This document shows positions 26,489-36,943 of a stretch of 64,000 nucleotides of DNA, piece after piece. The translations under genes were made by a program, and so were the position numbers. The stretch is from Candidatus Poseidoniaceae archaeon (lineage in GTDB: Archaea; Thermoplasmatota; Poseidoniia; Poseidoniales; Poseidoniaceae), in contig CASIBY010000003.1 in assembly GCA_949373095.1 (NCBI GenBank), forward strand, positions 45,631 through 109,630, given 5' to 3'. The notes under the pieces were generated by a model, which was not told the DNA's origin, did not search any database, and worked only from the letters and a program-made list of their open reading frames with translations. Each line of letters opens with the position of its first letter. Position 1 is the first letter of the stretch.

Positions 26489-29400
26489 CAAGCAACACCT
26501 CCAGTCATATCGAGTGTGCCCTTCCAAGCTTCGGCCATTCGTTCAACATCAGACTTCAGAAGATGGTCTTCTCCGTCGGTAATAATGAGGTCAGAGGATT
26601 CGGTTACAGCGCCCAGAATTGTTGTTGGGTGTCCTTTCATTAGTGCAAGGAAGTCGCTCTCACTATCTTCGGGAACAGCGACTATGATTCGTCCGAGAGA
26701 TTCGCCCCAAAGACGACCCCAAACATCTCCAGTACCAGTTCCGTCGATGTCTATTTCTGCTCCGATCCGCCCACCAATGCACATCTCTGCAAGAGCAACG
26801 GCGATACCGCCCTCACTACAGTCGTGAGCTGTTTTGACAAAGCCTTTGTGAATCGCTGCAGACAATTGGCGGTACGTGTTGAGGTTGGATGCTGGGTCGG
26901 AGAGTTGGGGCACTTCGCCACCAATACCTGCCGCTTCGCCGCGCTCATTCAACATGTAAGCAATCTCGCTTGCCCCCAACTCTTGGTGGGATGTTCCAAC
27001 CAAGTAGACGCGGTCTCCCGCTCGTTTGAAGTCACTTGTGGCTGAGAAGCGAACGTCTGGATGGTCTCCGAAGAGCGAAAAGAGAAGGGTTGGCGGAATT
27101 GATATCTTATCTGGGCCTGAACCGTAATCGTTCTTCATAGAATCTTTACCGCTCACACAAGGCAGTCGGTAAGCCCTACAAACTCGTTCAAGTTCACGGT
27201 TTGCTCGGACCAATTGAGCCAATTTGAAGCGGCCATCTGGGGTTTTAACCGACTCGATCGGATCTGGCCAACAGAAATTGTCAAGACCGGCCATTTTGTC
27301 CACATCTAGCCCAACACAGACTGCGTTTCGGACCGCTTCATCAATGGCTGCTGCAGCCATAGCGCCCGCATCGATGTCTGAATATCGCGGGGCAATTCCA
27401 CACGAAATTACAATGCCGTGAGGGTCTCCATGAATCGGAGCGATAACTCCGGCATCACCCGGTCCGTCTCGCTTAACACCAACGAAGGGTTTGATGGCCG
27501 TTTGGGCAATCACTTCATGGTCGTACTGTCGAACCCATGTTTCCTTGCTTGCAATGTTTGGACGTTGCAGCATTTCGGTCAAAAGGGTTGAGTGGTCTGC
27601 CGTAGATGGGGGTTGAAAAAGCGGTGGGGTTGGAGGAGTCCACTCCGATTCCAACTGAAGTTGTGGAACTCCATCGTGAAGGAATTCAATAGGGAGGTAA
27701 GCGACTGTTGTCTCATCATAACGAACATGAAATATGCCGGTTGATGTGAATGTTGCAACTGCGGTTGCTTCCACTTCGTGCAGATCTGCAAGGGCCTCGA
27801 AGGTTGCTTGGTCTTCGGGTTTTACGGCCACTGTCATTCGCTCTTGACTTTCTGATACCAGAATTTCCCAAGGGGACAGGCCGGCTTGCTTGAGTGGTAC
27901 TTGCGCAAGATCAATTTCGCAACCATTGGTGTATTCGGCCATCTCTCCAATTGATGAAGAAAGGCCACCTGCTCCATTATCAGTAATACATGTAATCAGG
28001 CCTTCATCTCGGGCTTCGAGAATCATGTCAAGCATCTTTTTCTGAGTAATTGGGTCACCAATTTGAACAGCGCTTGAGGGTGATTCTTCAGTCAATTCTA
28101 GTGAAGAAAACGTTGCTCCATGAATGCCGTCATATCCAACACGACCGCCGACCATGTAGACAATGTCGCCGGCCAATGGTGTTTTGATGTGGGATGGGCG
28201 TCCGTCGGGAAGGGTTCGCGGCATGATTCCTACGGTTCCGCAATAGACCAGAGGTTTTCCGATGTATCGGTCGTCAAAGACAATGGCTCCGTTAACCGTT
28301 GGAATTCCTGATTCATTTCCGCCAACGCGAACGCCTGCATGAACGCCGCGTAGAACGCGTGATGGGTGGAAGAGGTTGTCGGGTAAATCGCCTTCCCAGT
28401 TCGGGGGGCCGAAGCAGAACACATCGGTGTTTGCAATTGGTCGAGCGCCTAATCCTGTGCCCATGATATCACGGTTGACGCCGACGATACCAGTCATTGC
28501 GCCCCCGTATGGGTCAAGAGCTGACGGGGAATTATGTGTTTCTGCTTTCATGCAAATGCTCCACGTATCGTCCCAAGCAATGACGCCGGAGTTGTCATGA
28601 AATACCGACAAGAGCCAATCCACGTCGTTTTGCATATCATGCGTTGGGGTCATGATGTGGGTCTTGAAGAGTGAATCGATAACGGTGTCTTCGCCGGTTT
28701 CATGGTCCACGTGGTGTATTTTTGATGCGAAGATTTTGTGCTTGCAGTGCTCGCTCCATGTTTGTGCCAGGCACTCCAATTCAACGTCCGTTGGCGCATT
28801 TGGAACAATTCCCACCGCCGTACGAGAAGCACGGATGGTGTCGTCTCGATAGTGTGCTTGAATGGCTTGCATTTCTTCTAGATTCAATGCAAGAAGTCCG
28901 TTGAAAGAAATTTCTTCAAGCGTTGCGTCATCACATTCCAAATCCATTGGCTGTGGGGGGATGAACACTTGTTCTGGGGGGGTTGGGTAGTCTAACTCTG
29001 GCCACGTTTGTTGGTTGCATGCTTCCTTGTCAGCAATAAGCGCTCGTTGGATCAAATTGTTGTGTAGAGTCCCGGCTAGCCAGTTAACATCAACTTCTGA
29101 GGGTAGCCCATAAAATGCATATGTTTGGTAGGTCGCTACGGTTGCCTCCCTATCTCCTGGAAACAAGGTGGTGAACCCATCCTTAGCAGCCTTTCCAGGA
29201 TTGTCGGTTACCCCGGGTTTGAATCCGATGGTAATTACGGCGTCCGGAGTTTTACTGAATGCCTCAGTAGTCAAGAGGATTGTATTCACTGCGCCTTGTT
29301 CAATAATCGGGTCTGCAAACAGATCATACATCCGTTGGGCGATGGAATCAGAAGATGTTTCTCCATGGATGAGGAATCCGTAAACGGAGCGTACCTCAAG

Positions 29401-29508
29401 AACGCGGATGTTGTGGTCAGCGGCTAACTGTCGACGTACGACATCCCCGCGAACGTCTCGCATGCCTTCCCCTTGTCGTGGCGTAACCTCTACTCGAGTC
29501 ATTGGCAT
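26488..29508 (-). CDS. purL: FGAM synthase subunit PurL with an N-terminal extension of about 200 aa resembling two PurS units
   Basis: The canonical PurL core starts near AQTWSEHCKHK and includes DNSGV, GGAMTG and NGAGGLSS. Upstream are two PurS-like modules, RVEVTPRQGEGMRDVRGDVVRRQL...VRSVYGFLI and ITIGFKPGVTDNPGKAAKDGF...YQTYAFYG. The start is an ATG at 29508 or 29502; the track ORF starts at a TTG at 29532. Confidence 0.88.
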   Translation of the reverse strand: MPMTRVEVTPRQGEGMRDVRGDVVRRQLAADHNIRVLEVRSVYGFLIHGETSSDSIAQRMYDLFADPIIEQGAVNTILLTTEAFSKTPDAVITIGFKPGVTDNPGKAAKDGFTTLFPGDREATVATYQTYAFYGLPSEVDVNWLAGTLHNNLIQRALIADKEACNQQTWPELDYPTPPEQVFIPPQPMDLECDDATLEEISFNGLLALNLEEMQAIQAHYRDDTIRASRTAVGIVPNAPTDVELECLAQTWSEHCKHKIFASKIHHVDHETGEDTVIDSLFKTHIMTPTHDMQNDVDWLLSVFHDNSGVIAWDDTWSICMKAETHNSPSALDPYGGAMTGIVGVNRDIMGTGLGARPIANTDVFCFGPPNWEGDLPDNLFHPSRVLRGVHAGVRVGGNESGIPTVNGAIVFDDRYIGKPLVYCGTVGIMPRTLPDGRPSHIKTPLAGDIVYMVGGRVGYDGIHGATFSSLELTEESPSSAVQIGDPITQKKMLDMILEARDEGLITCITDNGAGGLSSSIGEMAEYTNGCEIDLAQVPLKQAGLSPWEILVSESQERMTVAVKPEDQATFEALADLHEVEATAVATFTSTGIFHVRYDETTVAYLPIEFLHDGVPQLQLESEWTPPTPPLFQPPSTADHSTLLTEMLQRPNIASKETWVRQYDHEVIAQTAIKPFVGVKRDGPGDAGVIAPIHGDPHGIVISCGIAPRYSDIDAGAMAAAAIDEAVRNAVCVGLDVDKMAGLDNFCWPDPIESVKTPDGRFKLAQLVRANRELERVCRAYRLPCVSGKDSMKNDYGSGPDKISIPPTLLFSLFGDHPDVRFSATSDFKRAGDRVYLVGTSHQELGASEIAYMLNERGEAAGIGGEVPQLSDPASNLNTYRQLSAAIHKGFVKTAHDCSEGGIAVALAEMCIGGRIGAEIDIDGTGTGDVWGRLWGESLGRIIVAVPEDSESDFLALMKGHPTTILGAVTESSDLIITDGEDHLLKSDVERMAEAWKGTLDMTGGVA

Positions 29509-29571
29509 TGGGGTCACCGGCCCGGTGGGCAAAGAGTGGTCATCGCATACGCTCTTTGTAGTCTGCGGCGG

Positions 29572-32511
29572 TCATTGTTCCAGCATTTTCTTGAGAAATT
29601 GACCAGTGTAACTTTCTTCCACTGCCGCAATGGCTTCGGGCGGACCTGTTGCTAAGACATTGCCCCCGCGCTCCCCGCCCTCTGGCCCTAAGTCAACAAC
29701 CCAATCACTGGATTTGACAACATCCAAGTGATGTTCGATAACAATGATGGTGTGGCCTTTGTTTCTTAATTCATGAAGCACGTCAATGAGCTTCGCAACA
29801 TCGCTAAAGGAAAGTCCTGTGGTTGGTTCATCAAGGATGTAAACAGTGTGCTTGTTCGGCATCCTGCGCAATTCACTGGCCAATTTCACCCGCTGAGCCT
29901 CACCGCCCGAAAGGGTCGTTGCAGGTTGTCCCAAACGAATGTAGCCAAGGCCAACAGCGCTCAATGTATCCAAGGTCCGATGGATTTTACGATGGTGTTG
30001 GAAGAAACCAACGGCTTCTGAGACGGGCATTTCTAGGATGTCGTGAATGGTTTTGCCTTTCCATTCAACTTCAAGCGTTTCTCGCGTATACCGTTTGCCT
30101 GCGCAGATGTCACAGGTGATCCAAACATCAGGAAGGAAATTCATTTCAAGTTTGATAGAACCTCCGCCACGACAGGCTTCACAACGGCCACCCTTGACAT
30201 TAAAACTGAAATGACCGGCTTTATATCCCCGTTCTTTCGATATTTTTGTATTTGCGAAGAGTGCACGAATTTCATCAAAGACCTTGGTGTATGTCGCAGG
30301 GTTTGAACGGGGTGTGCGCCCGATTGGAGATTGGTCAATGATGATGGTCTTGTCCACATGTTCAATGCCTTTGATTTCCGAATGTTTCCCAGGAAGGGTT
30401 TCTGCTCGGTGAAGCTCTCTTTGAAGCGCTGGCGCCAGGATTCCCGAAACCAATGACGATTTTCCTGAGCCTGATACACCAGTTACCGCCGTGACGCATC
30501 CGAGTGGGAACTTCACGGTAATATTCTGTAAATTGTTATGTCGTGCCCCTTTGACCGTTAGATGATTCTTCTTTGGTGCAACTCGGTTTTCGGGCCAGGG
30601 AATGGACCTTCTTCCACTGAGATAAGCACCAGTAATCGAATCTTCGTTTTCCATAACTTCATTCGGGGGCCCGTTGGCTACGATGTACCCTCCTTCAATC
30701 CCGGCCCCTGGGCCGAGGTCGCAGAGCCAATCTGCCTGACGAAGTGTGTCCTCATCGTGTTCTACAACAAGGAGGGTATTGCCTAAATCGCTCAGTTCTC
30801 TAAGAGTTTGAAGCAGGCGTTCATTGTCTCGTTGATGGAGTCCAATGGACGGCTCATCCAAGACATACATGACCCCTGTTAGGCGGCTTCCGATTTGAGT
30901 GGCGAGACGAATACGCTGGCTCTCTCCTCCTGAGAGGGTGTTCGCCTTCCTGTCAAGTGTGAGATAATCCAAGCCAACACTGTCCAAAAATCCAAGCCGG
31001 CTTTCAATTTCTTTCAGAATATCTGTTCCGATGAACATACTACGGTCGTCAAGGGCCTCAAGGATATCTTGGAAGGCTTCAGGGGGCCCCTCTCCTTCTG
31101 GATTCCATGCTTTGACAAGGCCGAGCGCGTCGTGAACTGAGCAACGGCTGACTTCGGGTAGTCGGATACCCCCTACCGTAACGTATCGAGCTGCTTCGTT
31201 GAGTTTCTCACCTTTACAAGCATGGCAGTCTAAGTCGGTCATGCAGGCAATCAAACGGTTTCTTGACCGTTCGGAAGTCGTTTCAGTGTACGTCTTTTCC
31301 AATCGTGGGATGATGCCTTCCCATGGTTTACTGTACTTGTATTGAGATCCGTTTTCCGAAGTAAACTCGTAGTGAATAATCGTAGACCCTGAGCCGTGAA
31401 GAAGAATATCTTTCTCATCTTCATCCAACATTTCAAAGGGTAGCGTCGTTGAGATGTTGTAATGTTCACATGTTCGTTCCATGAGTTTCCGATACCAGGA
31501 CGGAGACATAGATTGGCGCCACGGGTTCACACACCCATTGGAAATGCTAAGTGAATGGTCAATGATCAATTCTGTGTTGAACTGTCGCTGAACGCCAAGC
31601 CCTTGACATGTTCCGCAGGCCCCGAGTGGTGAGTTGAATGAGAAGACCCGTGGAGACAGTTCGGGCATGAACGCTCCGTGTTCCGCACAAGCGAAATCTT
31701 CGGACCAGGCAATAGTCTGACCAACTTCTGTTTCCATGGCCTTGGATTTATCGCTCAGCTCTTCCGGGTTTTTAGGAGCCTCTAGGCTTTCAACAGCTAG
31801 TGTCCCCCCACCTAAACGCAAGGCCGATTCTACCGCTTCGGTCAAACGCTGTTTCCGGTCTTTTGTACAACGAAGACGGTCAATACGAACATCGATGTCG
31901 TGACGGAAATTTTTGTCAAGGGTTGGGGCGGATTCAAATTCAGATTCATGGCCGTTTACACGCCCGTTCAGATAACCCTGTTCGACAAGTTGTCTAAACA
32001 AGTCTACATGCGTTCCTTTTCGAGCTCGGACAACCGGGCTCCAAACTGCTACTGCGTGGCCCTCCATTCTCCAAAAAATATCATCTACAATTTCTTGAAC
32101 GGTTCGCCGAGCGACTTCTTTTCCACACTTTGGACAGTGGGGTTTTCCGATGCGGGCCCAGAGTAATCTGAAGTAATCTTGAATTTCTGTTACCGTAGCA
32201 ACGGTTGAACGTGGATTGTGACTTCCCTGTTTTTGGTCTATTGAGATCGCTGGAGAAAGGCCCTCAATCGCATCACAATCCGCTTTCTTCATTTGCCCAA
32301 TGAATTGTCGGGCATACGAGGAAAGGCTTTCCACATAGCGGCGCTGGCCTTCTGCGTAAAGAGTGTCAAAAGCGAGGCTGGATTTACCTGAGCCTGACAC
32401 GCCAGATATGACAACGAATTGCCCTTTTGGAAGGTTTACTGAAACATCTTTGAGGTTGTGAGTTCGCGCCCCGCGAACTTGAATCCAACCGTCATCTCCT
32501 GGTTGTGACAT
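29572..32511 (-). CDS. uvrA: Excinuclease ABC subunit A
   Basis: 979 aa with two ABC modules (GVSGSGKSSLAFDT and GVSGSGKSSLV), Zn-finger Cys clusters, and LSGGESQR / LSGGEAQR signatures. Confidence 0.95.
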   Translation of the reverse strand: MSQPGDDGWIQVRGARTHNLKDVSVNLPKGQFVVISGVSGSGKSSLAFDTLYAEGQRRYVESLSSYARQFIGQMKKADCDAIEGLSPAISIDQKQGSHNPRSTVATVTEIQDYFRLLWARIGKPHCPKCGKEVARRTVQEIVDDIFWRMEGHAVAVWSPVVRARKGTHVDLFRQLVEQGYLNGRVNGHESEFESAPTLDKNFRHDIDVRIDRLRCTKDRKQRLTEAVESALRLGGGTLAVESLEAPKNPEELSDKSKAMETEVGQTIAWSEDFACAEHGAFMPELSPRVFSFNSPLGACGTCQGLGVQRQFNTELIIDHSLSISNGCVNPWRQSMSPSWYRKLMERTCEHYNISTTLPFEMLDEDEKDILLHGSGSTIIHYEFTSENGSQYKYSKPWEGIIPRLEKTYTETTSERSRNRLIACMTDLDCHACKGEKLNEAARYVTVGGIRLPEVSRCSVHDALGLVKAWNPEGEGPPEAFQDILEALDDRSMFIGTDILKEIESRLGFLDSVGLDYLTLDRKANTLSGGESQRIRLATQIGSRLTGVMYVLDEPSIGLHQRDNERLLQTLRELSDLGNTLLVVEHDEDTLRQADWLCDLGPGAGIEGGYIVANGPPNEVMENEDSITGAYLSGRRSIPWPENRVAPKKNHLTVKGARHNNLQNITVKFPLGCVTAVTGVSGSGKSSLVSGILAPALQRELHRAETLPGKHSEIKGIEHVDKTIIIDQSPIGRTPRSNPATYTKVFDEIRALFANTKISKERGYKAGHFSFNVKGGRCEACRGGGSIKLEMNFLPDVWITCDICAGKRYTRETLEVEWKGKTIHDILEMPVSEAVGFFQHHRKIHRTLDTLSAVGLGYIRLGQPATTLSGGEAQRVKLASELRRMPNKHTVYILDEPTTGLSFSDVAKLIDVLHELRNKGHTIIVIEHHLDVVKSSDWVVDLGPEGGERGGNVLATGPPEAIAAVEESYTGQFLKKMLEQ

Positions 32512-32612
32512 GTCATCCCTCAGTCCTACGGGGCGGCCAACAGTTCTTCAAGTCCTGCTTTTACATGGAGAAGGATACTGGTGAAGTTGAACTTCTAAAG
32601 CACGGTTCTATC

Positions 32613-33491
32613 TCATTTGATGTTGAATAAACGGGGCAGTTGAGCCTCAAAGCGTACGGGGTCGTCGGTTGACGGGTGTAGGAATTCCAAAGAATGGGCG
32701 TGAAGGCATATGCGATTGTAGGGGTCTGTTTCTGCCCCGTGTAATTCATCTCCAACAACCGGAATGGAAAGATACTGCATTGCCATTCTGATCTGGTGTC
32801 TTCGGCCTGTTTCGATTTCCACTTCAACAAGGGAGTTGTCTTCGGTTTCTTTCAGGATTTGGTAATGAGAAATGGCTTCTTTGCCCTTTGGATGCTTCGC
32901 ATTTACTGCCTTGACGTTAAGGAATTTATCTTCCATCAACCAGGTACTCACCGTTCCCTGTTTCACATCCACAACGCCTTCGACCAGAGCCAAGTAGAGA
33001 CGGTGGACTTGCCGTTCCCCAAACTGTTCTTGGAGGTATTCCTTGGCGGACTTATTTTTTGCTAGAACCATCACCCCTGAGGTTTCTTTGTCGAGCCTAT
33101 GAACGATAAAACACCACGCTTGAGGGTTTGAGAATCTAAGGTAATCAACACCGCGTGAATGAAGGGTATTGACTTCAAGGCGGTCGGTAGCAACCGAAAG
33201 AAGGTGGGCTGGTTTGTTCACAACAAGGAGGTCTTCATCTTCAAAAATAACATCAAGGTCCACTGGATTTTTTACGACGGGGGGTGGGGTTATGTCAAAA
33301 GCAGCAGGTCGGTCAAGGATGCCCACTTTTGACCCTTTTTCAGCGGTTTGTTTCGCACGATGTTCTACTTCTCCGTTAACTGTAACTCTACCTTGAGTTA
33401 GCATCTTGCGAAGTTTTGTGGCACTGGAGTTCGGATAATGAATTTTCAACAATTCAAGTAGTGTAGCGTCTTCATTTACATCAAATTCCAT
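32613..33491 (-). CDS. RluA-family 23S rRNA/tRNA pseudouridine synthase with N-terminal S4 domain
   Basis: S4-like N-terminus (LRKMLTQGRVTVNGE) and the catalytic motif HRLDKETSGVMVLAK. Confidence 0.85.
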   Translation of the reverse strand: MEFDVNEDATLLELLKIHYPNSSATKLRKMLTQGRVTVNGEVEHRAKQTAEKGSKVGILDRPAAFDITPPPVVKNPVDLDVIFEDEDLLVVNKPAHLLSVATDRLEVNTLHSRGVDYLRFSNPQAWCFIVHRLDKETSGVMVLAKNKSAKEYLQEQFGERQVHRLYLALVEGVVDVKQGTVSTWLMEDKFLNVKAVNAKHPKGKEAISHYQILKETEDNSLVEVEIETGRRHQIRMAMQYLSIPVVGDELHGAETDPYNRICLHAHSLEFLHPSTDDPVRFEAQLPRLFNIK

Positions 33492-33500
33492 ACGATCACC

Positions 33501-34712
33501 TCACAATACCAAGACGTCTATCCACGAACCAACTTCTCCAGATTGACCCGGTTGTAACAGAGTTAAGCCGTCTGCGCTCGCCAAACTTTCGAGATTACCC
33601 GAGCCTTGGTGTCGGGGTTGAAAAGCTTCAATTCCTTGCTCGGTGAAATGCAATGTTACGCGGCGAAGTGTCACACAGTCTTGGGTCGATTTGACCGAGT
33701 CTCGTAATTGAGCTCGGAGTTTCAATTCCACTGGCCCATCTGCCTGGAAGGCGTGACGAAGATAAGGTGCAACAAGCATTCTGAACACCACGTGACTTGA
33801 AACTGGATTTCCAGGAAGTCCGAACAGAGGTGTTTTGTTCCAAAGACCAAACAACGGTGGTGAGCCGGGGCGGATTTTCATTCGCCAGAAATGAATGTCG
33901 CCTTCCTCTTCCATGATTTTTCGAACGAAATCAAATTCACCCATCGAGACGCCTCCAGATGTTATGATGAGGTCACATTCTTCTGATGCCTGTTGTAAGG
34001 TGGAGCGAAGCCCGTCCATCGTATCGTTTACAGCTTCATATCGAATCGCCTCGTGGCCCATCCAACGAACTAAACCGGCTAGTCCATAGGAGTTGGACTC
34101 GTAAACTTCTCCGAGCACAAGGTCTTCTCCTGGTATCTTAAGTTCGTCTCCAGTAGAAAGAACAGCAATACGAAGAGGTTGAATTACTGGAATAGTGGGG
34201 TAGCCCATGGTCGCACAAAGGCCCACTCGTGAGGGCGTAAGGACTGAACCAGCCTTGAGAGAAACAGTCCCCTGCTTGAGGTTCTCACCCTGCTTTCGGA
34301 CAAAGTGTGGCTTTGGGGCTTCGAGAAGGGTCACCGTGTTGTTTTCTTCATCGATAGTGCATCGCTCAATTTGAAGAATAGAATCTGCTCCTTTCGGTAG
34401 CGGCGCCCCCGTCATAATGCGGTAGGCTTTTTTCGGTTCAAGAACTCGTTCTTTCGCTTCCCCAGCCGCCGGCACAATTCCCTGAATAGGATACGTTTTG
34501 GGATAGTTCGCCGATGGGTCGTGTTTGCAAGCGAAACCATCCATACTCGAATTATCAAATGGGGGGTCATCGACCTTGCTAGCGAGATCTTCAGCGAGAA
34601 TTCGCCCGTGAGAATCGTTCAATTGAACCTCTTGTAACCGTCTTGGGAGCGGCGTACGTTTGACGATGTCCAGTGCTTCTTCAACGCTGATAAAATACGG
34701 AACTCCCTCCAT
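33501..34712 (-). CDS. moeA: Molybdopterin molybdenum/tungsten transferase MoeA
   Basis: PPFDNSSMDGFA, ITSGGVSMGEFDFV and GLPGNPVSS are typical MoeA blocks. Length is 403 aa. Confidence 0.88.
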   Translation of the reverse strand: MEGVPYFISVEEALDIVKRTPLPRRLQEVQLNDSHGRILAEDLASKVDDPPFDNSSMDGFACKHDPSANYPKTYPIQGIVPAAGEAKERVLEPKKAYRIMTGAPLPKGADSILQIERCTIDEENNTVTLLEAPKPHFVRKQGENLKQGTVSLKAGSVLTPSRVGLCATMGYPTIPVIQPLRIAVLSTGDELKIPGEDLVLGEVYESNSYGLAGLVRWMGHEAIRYEAVNDTMDGLRSTLQQASEECDLIITSGGVSMGEFDFVRKIMEEEGDIHFWRMKIRPGSPPLFGLWNKTPLFGLPGNPVSSHVVFRMLVAPYLRHAFQADGPVELKLRAQLRDSVKSTQDCVTLRRVTLHFTEQGIEAFQPRHQGSGNLESLASADGLTLLQPGQSGEVGSWIDVLVL

Positions 34713-34789
34713 AACTCAGTCCATCCGCTGCTCATGTTTGAGGATGTGGGTGAACGGTAGAATCATGGTGGGGGTTTCTATCCAAGAGC

Positions 34790-36118
34790 ATGGTTGATGG
34801 TGGTGCGGTGCGAGAAGCGATTCTCACAACCCTCCTTACCAGCGGTACTGCGACGGTTTTAGCAACGCTCATCGGTGTTCCTCTCGGGGCATGGTGTTCA
34901 TCCAAAACGGCCCCTGTTTTTGATAAAATTCGTGTCATGGTTACTGCGCTGTATGGGTTACCCCCAGTTGTTGTTGGCGTCTTTATTTACGCACTTCTCT
35001 CTAAATCCGGCATATTGGGTGCGCTGGACTTACTGTTTACGGTGGAAGCGATGATCATCGCACAAACTTGCCTCATTTTCCCACTCATATGGGGTGGTTC
35101 TTGGTCTGCTTTTGATAAGACTGGTCAGCAATACAGAGACACGTTTGATACATTAGGAGCCACGTCAAAGCAGCGCTTGATGCTCGAAATTGGATTGGCA
35201 AGAAGTGGGGTGTACCACGCCATCGTTATTGGTTTCGGGCGAGCTATAGCTGAGGTAGGTGCCGTCATCATGGTGGGTGGAAACATTGCTGGAAAAACAC
35301 GTGTAATGACAACAAGCATTGTCCTTGAAACGTCAAAGGGAAACATGGACCAAGCCTCATTTCTTGGTCTTCTTCTTCTTGCCTTTTCACTCACCGTTGT
35401 TGCATTAGCGTCGTTTGTACAGCGACCGAGTGCTCGACGAAGTCCCGCACTAAGCGGGGCTGTAGCCCCAGTGTTAGTGGCATATGATGGACCAGGAGAA
35501 AGAATTGTTTCAGTAACCAAAGGGGGCCATGAGATTCTCAAACCTACTCAACTCTCCCTGCAGCCAGGGACGATAACGGTGGTGCTCGGGGAATCGGGTG
35601 CTGGAAAAACCTCACTCTTGAGGGCGCTTGCAGGCCTTGAAGGTGATGATGTTGCTTGTGGCTACCAGGAATGTGTTTATGTTCCTCAAAAACCACTTCC
35701 ATTGACACTTTCTGTAGGCTCAGAATTGAGCTTAGCATCCAGTCTGTTCGAGAAGTGCGAGACTGCGAGTGCATACTTTTCTGAGAAATTCTCTCTTGAA
35801 CAAGAACCGGAACATTCGCCACACGTCCTCTCTGGCGGCGAACTACAACGATTGATCCTTTCTCGCCAACTTGGGTTTGCACCAAAATTATTGCTTCTAG
35901 ACGAATGTACAGCAAACTTAGGTTCCGCTCACGTAAAAACCATCGAAACGGAATTGATACGTCATCGTGATGCTGGGGTTTGTATCGTTCTTGCCACCCA
36001 TAACGTCCTTCAAGCAAAACGATTGGCTGATGCAATGGTCATCCTGCATGATGGTGCTCAGGTTGAGGAAGCGAGTGAACTTGCACGTTCTTTACTCGCT
36101 GGAGAATGGTCTGGCTAA
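34790..36118 (+). CDS. Tungstate/molybdate-type ABC importer with permease (TupB-like) fused to ATPase (TupC-like)
   Basis: The N-terminal 220 aa form a 5-6 helix permease with the EAA-like loop (TLGATSKQRLMLEIGLARSG). The C-terminal NBD has GESGAGKTS, VPQKP, LSGGELQR, LLLLDE and LATHN. Confidence 0.75.
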   Translation: MVDGGAVREAILTTLLTSGTATVLATLIGVPLGAWCSSKTAPVFDKIRVMVTALYGLPPVVVGVFIYALLSKSGILGALDLLFTVEAMIIAQTCLIFPLIWGGSWSAFDKTGQQYRDTFDTLGATSKQRLMLEIGLARSGVYHAIVIGFGRAIAEVGAVIMVGGNIAGKTRVMTTSIVLETSKGNMDQASFLGLLLLAFSLTVVALASFVQRPSARRSPALSGAVAPVLVAYDGPGERIVSVTKGGHEILKPTQLSLQPGTITVVLGESGAGKTSLLRALAGLEGDDVACGYQECVYVPQKPLPLTLSVGSELSLASSLFEKCETASAYFSEKFSLEQEPEHSPHVLSGGELQRLILSRQLGFAPKLLLLDECTANLGSAHVKTIETELIRHRDAGVCIVLATHNVLQAKRLADAMVILHDGAQVEEASELARSLLAGEWSG

Positions 36119-36942
36119 ACGGTAGACTCTACGGTAAAAAATGCAGGTTCATCGTTGATTCTGTAAGACTCAATACGCTGTTGTCCATCATTCAGTAGGA
36201 AGTTTAGGAACTCTTCTGCCCCTTGACTCTCCATGTCTGAGACGAAAAGAAATGAGTAGGGATTGAACAATATTTCATCGGAAAATTCTGTTCGCTGAAG
36301 TGAGGTTTGCTGAGCGAAATTAAGGGCAGTCCCACGGTCTGAAAGTGTGGAACATGACTTTTCATCGGCCATGTTAATTGCTGCTCCCATTCCTTGACCT
36401 ATTGAGTAATACCACTCACCTACTGGATGTAAGCCGTCTGCATCTTCAACAATTGGTAAGCCATTTGTCTCATTCAACGACCTCCAAATACTCTGTTCCT
36501 TATGGTGCGTTCCAGAAAAATCTCCCCTAGAAATAAAACAACTTTCATTTTCAAAAATGGACTCAAAGGCATCAAAAATAGACGAGTTGAAACTGGATGG
36601 TGATAAGAGAACAAAACGATTCCAAGCAATTGCGCTGCGTTCGTAACCAAACTCATTTTCCACAAATTCAATTTCTTGCTCTGGTGAATGTACAATGAGT
36701 GCATCTACGTCCTTATTTTCTCCAAGAACAAGAGCAGCCCCCGTTCCAACCGCAACATATTCTACAGTATACTCAGAAGTTTTCTGAAAGTCATCAATAA
36801 GAAGATCAAGTAATCCTGAATCCCGCATTGATGTCGTTGTAGCAAGACGAACGGTCTTACTTTCATCATCATTAAACGATAAACAGCCTGAACAAAGAGA
36901 AGTGAGTAGAAGCAGGACGATGAGAACTGGGCCTTGCCTCAT
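36115..36942 (-). CDS. tupA: Tungstate-binding-protein-like (TupA/PBP2) substrate-binding lipoprotein
   Basis: Lipobox LTSLCSGC. The TupA-type anion-binding block is RLATTTSMRDSGLLDLLIDDF...YVAVGTGAALVLGENKDVDALIVHSP. Confidence 0.72.
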   Translation of the reverse strand: MRQGPVLIVLLLLTSLCSGCLSFNDDESKTVRLATTTSMRDSGLLDLLIDDFQKTSEYTVEYVAVGTGAALVLGENKDVDALIVHSPEQEIEFVENEFGYERSAIAWNRFVLLSPSSFNSSIFDAFESIFENESCFISRGDFSGTHHKEQSIWRSLNETNGLPIVEDADGLHPVGEWYYSIGQGMGAAINMADEKSCSTLSDRGTALNFAQQTSLQRTEFSDEILFNPYSFLFVSDMESQGAEEFLNFLLNDGQQRIESYRINDEPAFFTVESTV

Positions 36943-36943
36943 T

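Noticed and set aside
35125-36035. Minus-strand ORFs of 138 and 163 aa inside the TupBC gene
   Set aside because: They are antisense to a gene with complete permease and ABC ATPase motifs, and they carry no motifs of their own.
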